The notes under the pieces were generated by a model. The model made no database searches and had not been told where the DNA came from. It was given only the letters and a program-made list of their open reading frames with translations. A stretch of DNA of 64,000 nucleotides from a virus. The translations under genes were made by a program, and so were the position numbers. The stretch spans positions 43,407 through 107,406 of the IMG/VR virus record IMGVR_UViG_3300009082_000002; one strand, written 5' to 3'. Positions 18,011-25,600 of this stretch are shown here, piece after piece. The first letter of the stretch is position 1. Each line of letters begins with the position of its first letter.

Positions 18011-21000
18011 ATGATCCTCGCAGCGCGCAAGCTAGGTCCGATGGATGCCATCTTCCGGTCGATGACCGACGAGCAACTTGCGACCGCGAAGGCGGTCGCT
18101 CGCGAAGCTCTCCAGTGGTCGGGCGTACTCAAGGCGGCAGATGTCTATCTCGGCGTCGACGAGGATCTCTCCGCGACGCTCCTGCACAAGTGGGATGCCA
18201 AAGCGAAGGAGCAGATTGACAAAGGCGCCAAGGTGCTTGCGAAGGCGCAGAAGGGCGAGGTTGTCCAGTCCACGCTGAAGGGTACGTTGTGGAAGCTCGG
18301 CAAGGTGATGGGCGAGGAGTATGGCGAGGCCGTGTTGCCCGACTTCATCCGCGCGACGCTACTGACCTGGAGTCTGGCAAGCAAGGAAACGATGGGCCGA
18401 CTTCAGCTCAAGTGGTCAACCGAACTTGTCGACCAGAACGCCGCAGCTCGGCTTTCCAAGTTCCACACCTATTGGGTCGGAAAGCACTACGAAACTAGCA
18501 TTGCGAATTCGCTCCAGATCGCCACGCGGCAGACCATCATCGAAGGCGGACTTGCTGGCACGCAGGCAGCCAACGCCTTCCGCGACATCGCCTCGAAGTA
18601 CTTGGCCGGCAAGGGCGAGTCCTTCCCCGAGGTTCCGAAGGGCTGGACTGGCACGACGGACGAGTACTTTGCTGGGCTCGCGAATCACGTCGGCACACAG
18701 GCCCGCGTCTTCAGCCGACTCGAATCCTACGAGCGCGTCGGGATCACGACCTACACCATCGTCGCCGTCCTCGACAACCGGACGAGCGATATTTGCCAGA
18801 TGATGCACGGGCAGACATTCACGGTCGAGCAAGGTCTCGGCGTCGCGGAGACCTGGACGGAGGAGTACACTCCAGAGGCAGTCAAGGAGAAGGCCGGCTG
18901 GATGCGCGCGCAGGACGCAGCCAAGCTCGCCGGGCTGTCGGACTACAAGCCCGGCACGGTCTCACCAAAGATCAGCCCGAAGGGAATGGACGCACTGGCC
19001 GAGGCTGGCATGGCGCTTCCGCCGTACCACTTCCGCTGCCGGACAGACATCGTCGCGGAGCAGGAGGTCATGACCTTCCCGAGCGGCGGCGAGCCGACTT
19101 ACAAGCCGGTGAAGCCGCCGAAGGCCGAATCGCCGAAGCCGCCGCCGGCCGCGCCTACGCCGCCATCCAAGGCGACGGGCGGATTCCCGTGGCAGATGTC
19201 CCAGCTCACGTCGGTTGAGAAGTCCGCGAAGGGAATGCACGCCAAAGCCTTCTTCCACGACCCGGACGGCAACGAGTGGATGTTCAAGCCCGCGCCGGAG
19301 GGGCTGCGTTTTCGTGCAGAGGTCGAGAAGCTGGCTGCCGATGCGGCGCGCGCGCTCGAAGTCGACACGGCCGACGTCTTCATGGTTGAGCACGAAGGAA
19401 AGATCGGGACGATTCAACGCCTCTTCAAAGACATCAAGCACGACGGGCTCACCAAGGTCGGCGTCCAGGGCTTGACGCAGGAGCAGGTCGCACAGCTCCA
19501 GCGCCAGCACATTTTTGACTGGCTCATCGGGAACAACGACGGCCACATCGACAACTTCCTCGTCTTGAAGGACGGCAAGCTCGTCGGCATCGACCGAGGG
19601 CAGGCCTTCCGCTATTTCAAGACAGACAAACTCGCGCTCGACTACAACCCCAATGCGCGCTATGGGATCAAGGTCTTCTACAACGACGTCTTCGCAGCGG
19701 CACGCGACGGCAAGTTGCCGACTGGCGTAGAGATGCTCGGGCTCGACGCGCCGGAGATTGCCAGTCTGGTTAAGAAGGCCGAGTCGCTGTCCGACGAGCA
19801 GTGGCTTACGATCTGGCGGCCGTACATCGACGGCGCGATGAAGAACAAGAGCCTCGCCTACGGCTCGCGCGCCGCCTTTGAACGCGAGCTACTTCGACGG
19901 AAGAACCAGCTAGGGAGTGATCTCGACGAGTTCTATCGCGGCCTCCTCGGAAAAGGACGCGCGGCGCGTCGGACAGCGGAGACGCAGAAGGGTGTCCTGA
20001 CTCCGGTTGACAAGTCCTTCGTGAGTGAGATGCAAGCCGCGAAGAACCGCGGCAAGTCCGTGCTCGTCGCGTCGGAAGAGATCGAAAACGGCAACGTCCT
20101 CGTCTACACCTACGCGGACGGGACGGTCGTGGTCGAAGGCAAGATGCGGAAGCTCGCCGACGAGATGGTGCGGGCGCAGCTTGCTGGCCCGCAGGCTGCG
20201 GGCGCAACGCCGGGGACCGACTCGCTGTGGGACGACGTGCTCTCCTGCATCAAGTCTTTCAATCACCATCTCGGGCCAGGCGGCAGCGGTACGATCCCGG
20301 ACAGCAAGCAACGTCTTTTCGTGCGGACGCTCAACGCGGCAAAAAAACAATGGGCCGAAGGCTGGACCGTACCGGGCGGGACGCAGGCTGGACAGATGGG
20401 TGAATACTACGTCAAGCTCCTCCAGCAGTATGGGACCGAGTCGCTCGGGATGCGGCTGACCACAACGACAAAGAAAATGCTCGGCGTCAAGAACCAGCCG
20501 TTCAAGGTGCCAGGCGTGAAGGCCAAGGCACTCGCTGGTCGCGTGAAGCGGTCGAGCATCGAGAGAATCTACGAGGAGGAGCGCAAGCTGGTCCGCGGAG
20601 TGATCAAGAACAAGCACGGCGAGATTGCGAGTCAGTCCACCTTCGGATGCGGAATGGATGAGACCAAAGAGATGATTGTGGCTGTGCTCGATGACGGCAC
20701 GGAGATCCACTACATCCCACACAACGGATATAGGCAGGGCCAGGCGTACTCGAAGCAAGGCCGCTTCAGGATTAAGGTGCAACCGGCTACCGGCGCGAAG
20801 GACGTCACGCCGAAGCAAGTCCAGAAGGCACTTGACGCCATCGGTGATCTCGGCGTCTCGCCGAAGCTGATGACCGAGGCCGACTTCGAGTTGCTCTACT
20901 TGCAGAAAAACCAGTTCGCGATGGGCTACGCGAACGATGCGGCTTTCGCCAACATCCCGGCCAACGGCTCAACCGAGGAAAAAATCCAGGCGTACCTCGA

Positions 21001-21661
21001 CGCCTTCAGAAAGAAGCTGCGGAAAAATCCGCGTTCGCTGCCCGGCTACGATCCGCGGCCGGTCTACTACAGCGGGGACAACGCGGGCATTCCGCGTTTC
21101 CGGCGTTTCGACATTGACCGGAAGAAGCTAGCAGAGGCGGACCTTGAATTCACACACAGAGTTCAAGGGGGCGCGGATGAAGTGCTTCTTTCGATCATCG
21201 ACGGAGAGTCTGGCGGCTTGATCTCGACGGAGGAGAAGCTCCGTCGCGGAGTTGAAATCAGCGGGATGAGCCCTGGCGAGGACCAGATGACCGGCGGTGC
21301 GCAATACGTTTTCGCGCGGGCGAAGGGGATTGGCCGGGAGCGCAACTGGAACATGATCATCTTTAAGAAGGAACTGGCACTCGACACGAACATGGTCTCC
21401 TATTCGACAGACAAATTCGGGTGTATGGAGCCAGGCAGGAAGGAAGCGACTCGCGCGAAGACGTTTCAGAAGTTGATGGGTTTCCGCAAATTCGACGCTA
21501 ATGAGTCGCTCATCAAAAACGAGATTCCGCTGGACATGTGGGAGCACGTCATCGTCAGGCGGTCCACGCGGGTCAAGCTACTCGATGAACTCGAAAAGCG
21601 TGGCGTGAAGACACTTGGCGGGAAGCCCGTCGAGGAGTTCGTGATCGGGCTCGGGAGGTGA
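18011..21661 (+). CDS. MuF (SPP1 gp7-like) minor head protein fused to a HipA/PI3-4K-like kinase and a C-terminal ART-like domain
   Basis: MuF: AVLDNRTSDICQMMHG, PPYHFRCRT; Pro-rich linker; kinase: WMFKP, DWLIGNNDGHIDNF, GIDRGQAF; C-terminal H..GLIST..YVF pattern (weaker call). Confidence 0.8.
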   Translation: MILAARKLGPMDAIFRSMTDEQLATAKAVAREALQWSGVLKAADVYLGVDEDLSATLLHKWDAKAKEQIDKGAKVLAKAQKGEVVQSTLKGTLWKLGKVMGEEYGEAVLPDFIRATLLTWSLASKETMGRLQLKWSTELVDQNAAARLSKFHTYWVGKHYETSIANSLQIATRQTIIEGGLAGTQAANAFRDIASKYLAGKGESFPEVPKGWTGTTDEYFAGLANHVGTQARVFSRLESYERVGITTYTIVAVLDNRTSDICQMMHGQTFTVEQGLGVAETWTEEYTPEAVKEKAGWMRAQDAAKLAGLSDYKPGTVSPKISPKGMDALAEAGMALPPYHFRCRTDIVAEQEVMTFPSGGEPTYKPVKPPKAESPKPPPAAPTPPSKATGGFPWQMSQLTSVEKSAKGMHAKAFFHDPDGNEWMFKPAPEGLRFRAEVEKLAADAARALEVDTADVFMVEHEGKIGTIQRLFKDIKHDGLTKVGVQGLTQEQVAQLQRQHIFDWLIGNNDGHIDNFLVLKDGKLVGIDRGQAFRYFKTDKLALDYNPNARYGIKVFYNDVFAAARDGKLPTGVEMLGLDAPEIASLVKKAESLSDEQWLTIWRPYIDGAMKNKSLAYGSRAAFERELLRRKNQLGSDLDEFYRGLLGKGRAARRTAETQKGVLTPVDKSFVSEMQAAKNRGKSVLVASEEIENGNVLVYTYADGTVVVEGKMRKLADEMVRAQLAGPQAAGATPGTDSLWDDVLSCIKSFNHHLGPGGSGTIPDSKQRLFVRTLNAAKKQWAEGWTVPGGTQAGQMGEYYVKLLQQYGTESLGMRLTTTTKKMLGVKNQPFKVPGVKAKALAGRVKRSSIERIYEEERKLVRGVIKNKHGEIASQSTFGCGMDETKEMIVAVLDDGTEIHYIPHNGYRQGQAYSKQGRFRIKVQPATGAKDVTPKQVQKALDAIGDLGVSPKLMTEADFELLYLQKNQFAMGYANDAAFANIPANGSTEEKIQAYLDAFRKKLRKNPRSLPGYDPRPVYYSGDNAGIPRFRRFDIDRKKLAEADLEFTHRVQGGADEVLLSIIDGESGGLISTEEKLRRGVEISGMSPGEDQMTGGAQYVFARAKGIGRERNWNMIIFKKELALDTNMVSYSTDKFGCMEPGRKEATRAKTFQKLMGFRKFDANESLIKNEIPLDMWEHVIVRRSTRVKLLDELEKRGVKTLGGKPVEEFVIGLGR

Positions 21662-21667
21662 GCACCG

Positions 21668-22096
21668 ATGGGTCGGTACTCCACGCGTGGCGACAAGGCA
21701 ACCATGGCCGCGGCGCAGGCGCACTTCAACCAGCTCATCAAACGATACGGCGGGGTCGTCGTCGAGCCGTTCTTCGCTGACGAAGACGGCTCCGAGTTCG
21801 CTGCTGCCGGCTTGCTGCCGACCGACCTCGTGATTTTTGATGAGGACGACCGCCGCTTCGGCTGGAGCTTCGGAACTTGCCCGCACGTCCTTCGGTTCCA
21901 CGAGGCGCGGATCGATGACGTCGATCTGATCTTGCTCGGGTACATGCGCGGCGACGACGAGCAGTTGACGGGCGTGGTCGTCTCTGGCATCCTCTTCGGC
22001 GTCGACGCGGAGACGCTCAAGCAGGGGAAGAAGGACGTCGGCGGGGAGCTGTGGAAGCAAGCGGAGGCTGACTTGCTGGAGGCGATGAGTGGCTGA
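21668..22096 (+). CDS. hypothetical acidic protein, candidate immunity protein
   Basis: GGAGG SD; immediately downstream of the MuF fusion. Confidence 0.55.
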   Translation: MGRYSTRGDKATMAAAQAHFNQLIKRYGGVVVEPFFADEDGSEFAAAGLLPTDLVIFDEDDRRFGWSFGTCPHVLRFHEARIDDVDLILLGYMRGDDEQLTGVVVSGILFGVDAETLKQGKKDVGGELWKQAEADLLEAMSG

Positions 22097-22448
22097 CCGG
22101 ACCTACACCGCGGTTTTCGTCCAGCGAATGGAAGCCGACGACCTCACTACCATCGCCGCGCTCGCCTTCTGGGAACGTGACGCCTGTGTACTCCCGGTCC
22201 CTGGCTTCGAGCAAGCCGCGCTTCTCTGGCACCATCGCCTTCTCGTGGCCAGACAGCACGGCGTCACGCCCCAGGAATTCTATGAGGAGTGGGACGGGCA
22301 CAACGGCGTGACCTACGGCTTCGGACCGCCGGAGCGGGTGCGCGCCCGAAGCGCGGCTGACGCCTGCCGGAAGGTACTCGCACAGCACCCGAACTTCGGC
22401 GGCACCGTCAATTGGGATTCCGCGCAGGAGTTCGGCCCGCAGCCGTAG
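22089..22448 (+). CDS. hypothetical protein, candidate immunity protein
   Basis: GGAGG SD; overlaps the previous gene. Confidence 0.55.
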   Translation: MADRTYTAVFVQRMEADDLTTIAALAFWERDACVLPVPGFEQAALLWHHRLLVARQHGVTPQEFYEEWDGHNGVTYGFGPPERVRARSAADACRKVLAQHPNFGGTVNWDSAQEFGPQP

Positions 22449-22458
22449 CGGAGGGGCG

Positions 22459-22632
22459 ATGAGCAGAGATCCGCTTGTTGAGATCGAGCAGCGCTACCGC
22501 GCGAAGAGGCTCTCCGCTCTCGGCCTCGCCAGCATCATCAGACGAGCCTGCGACACCTTTGAGGCATCCGAGCGACTGCGCAAGCGTTGGTCCGCACGCA
22601 AGGCCGTGATCGATCAGGAGGCCGGTCGATGA
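22459..22632 (+). CDS. small basic hypothetical protein (57 aa, not in the ORF track)
   Basis: GGAGG SD; MSRDPLVEIEQRYRAKR...; ATGA overlap with 22629. Confidence 0.45.
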   Translation: MSRDPLVEIEQRYRAKRLSALGLASIIRRACDTFEASERLRKRWSARKAVIDQEAGR

Positions 22633-25600
22633 AGATCAAGGACATCTCGCCGACTTCCTTGCGCGGAGTAAAGGACCAGGAGCTTCTCTCGCTCCACCTT
22701 CGGACTCATCAGCTTTACGGCGCGAACTTCGGGCCGGACGCCCCGCCAGAGCGCGGCTACCGCGACGACACGGGAGACACGGCCAAGGACGGCTTGAGGC
22801 TCGACGAGGAGACCGCGCGGAAGATCTGGCGCGGCGAGGTCAAGGCGGTCACCTTCTCCGACGACCCCGGTGACGTTGAGCGCGCTCTGTTCCTGCTGTC
22901 GCCCGGCTTCGCCTACGGCATCATCCGGCTTGACGAGACCGACACCGACGACCACAAGTACAAGGTCGACTACTTCCGCGCTTTCGAGGTGCCGCTCACA
23001 TTCAAGGGCACGGGCGACGGCCTGCTCGTGACGGGAGTCGAGATCACGTCGGAGGAGTCGCCGCTGTCGCTGGAAGACCTGGTCCACGCTCACCAGTTCA
23101 TCCTCGACGAGATGAACCGCCGGAAGATGCGCCACCAGTGGGCCTCGCAGCTCGACGACGAGACCAGCCCGGGCGAGGAGATTGAGAAGGCGACCGGACC
23201 TTTCAAGCGCTGGGGTGGGTCTGCCCAGTACGCAGCAAAAATCGCGAAGTACGTACCAGCGAACGCTGGCGCGTACATCGAGCCCTTCGCTGGTGCGGCC
23301 AGCGTGTTTTTCTCACTGACCGACACGCCGAGGAAGCGCGTGCTGGCCGACCTGGACCCGGAGCTAGTTCACGCCTTCAAGATGATCCAGGGCGCGGCGA
23401 AGAACGGGCTCATCAAGGCGCTCGAAAAAAAGGACCGTGTTGTCAGCGAAAAGCAGTGGCAGAAGTTGCGGCATCGGATTCCGAGCGGCGACGTCGAGCG
23501 CGTTCATCGGTTCCTGTACCTGCTCGGCGGATCGTGGTCCGGCGTGCGGAGTGGCGCGCGCCCGAACAAGAAACGAGTCGGTCAGATTTCCTACGATCCG
23601 AAGCGGCTGGAGAAGTTCATCAAGCCGTTGCAGGGCGTGACGCTCAAGAACCAGAACTGGCAGAAGACGCTGAAGGACAACGACGCGCCGGACGCCTTCT
23701 TCTTCATCGATCCGCCGTACCCGGGCGAGTGGGACAAGAACGCCGACGACACAGGCACGGACGGCAAGCAGTTCGACGTCGAGGCTCTTGTCGAGGCGAT
23801 GAAGGATCTGAAGGGTGGCTGGCTTCTCGTTCTTGGCGACACCAAGACCCAGACGGATGCGCTGGCGAAACTGGAGAAGGAAGCCGGCGCATCTCGCTTC
23901 AAGATCCAGTTGAGCGAGGCTGCGAGTTCTGGTGGGCACAAGGAAGCCTATCGGTACTTCGCGATGCGCCCGCTTCAGTCCCGCGTGCGGAAGGCCGACG
24001 ACGTTGGCGTGAGCCGCGACCAGGTACTCGACCTCATGGAAGAGGCCGGCAGCTTTGTGGTGGTACCGAGTTATGTGTCGCTCGTCGGCTCCGTCGTGAC
24101 CGGCGAGGATGACCAGTCGGCACACGACATTGATCTGCTTGTTCGCGATGACGAGATCGATTCCAAGGTCGGGCTCAAGCTGGACCGCCTCTTTCCCGCG
24201 TCGATGCGCGACAAGGTCCACTACATCCCCGACCCGCAGGGACCGAATTGGGATCACCTGCCGCTGTACGATCTGGTCCTGCGGAAGCGCAGCGCGCTGG
24301 AAGTGGTCGAGGTCGATGAACCGGAGTACCACCCCTTCCTGTCCGGCGATGTGCGCCGCTACGGCGAGCAAGTCGCGAAGGGGAAGTTCACCATCGTCCG
24401 TGGAATCTGGGGCTCGCCCGGCGGCAAGGCTTTTCTCGCAAAGCGCATCGCCACCGTCATCCCGCCTCACAAAATCTACGTCGAGCCGTTCGCTGGCGGT
24501 GGCGCGGTTCTCTTCGCGAAGCCGCCGGTCGAAAAGGAAGTCGTCAACGACCTCGACAGCGAGATCGCCTTCGCGTGGCGGTTCGTCAGCAAGGTCACGG
24601 ACGACCAGCTCGACGCGCTCCGCAAGATGAACTGGGTGGCGAGCGGCAAGCTGTTCGCCAAGCTGCGTGACATGAAGCCGCCGTCCGATCCGGTCGAGCG
24701 ATTTCATCGGTTCATGTACCTCTACCGCTGGAGCATCAACGGCAACCGCGAGAAGACGCACACGATGCCGCCGACCTACGAAGGGCTCCGGCAGCAGGCA
24801 GTCGAAGCGGTCGAGCGGTGTCGCGAGCGCGTGCATGGCCTCATCGTGCGGAGCGCCGACTACGAGAAGGTTATCGACGAGTTCGACAGCAAGGACACCT
24901 TCTTCTTCATCGATCCGCCGTACAAGCATTATGATGCCCAGCTCACCGAGGAGAAGAAGCAAGAGGACTTCGACGAGGAGCGATTCGTCGAGGTGCTGAA
25001 GAAAATCAAGGGCAAGTTCCTTGTGACCTACGGAATCCGCAGCGGCACGGATCTCTTCAAGGGCTTCACGGTCCAGCGGTGGCAGCACCGAGGTCGGCCC
25101 GGGCCGGCCGTGGGCGGCAAGTTCCAGAAGGTCACGACGCTCATGGTCTCAAACTATCCGCTGCCGCAGCGGACGCGCAAGGCGAAGGTGGGGCTCATGC
25201 AGCCCTTCACTCCGCTGAAGGCGAAGGGCGGGTACCATCAGGGCGAGTTCTTCGAGGCCGACCCGCTGTGGGATCTCTGGGCTGGCCCTGCGATCAAGGA
25301 CGGGAAGACCGTCGCCGTCGAAACCAAGTTCGACGGAATTCGGATGGTCATCCACAAGGAAGGCGACAACGTCGCGATCTACACCGAGGATAAGAAGCGC
25401 GACCGCGCGAGCATCCTTCCGGACTTGGCCGACGAGGTTCGCAAGCTGACAGTCGAGAACGTGATCCTTGACGCCGAGGTCGTCTGGTGGAAGGGCAGCA
25501 AGCCGCTGGCCCGTCACGACATGATGGCGCTCGTTGTCGGCAAGGACCCGATCAAGGGCGAGGATATCCGGGCCAACGTGTTCGACGTCCTGTGGTTCGG

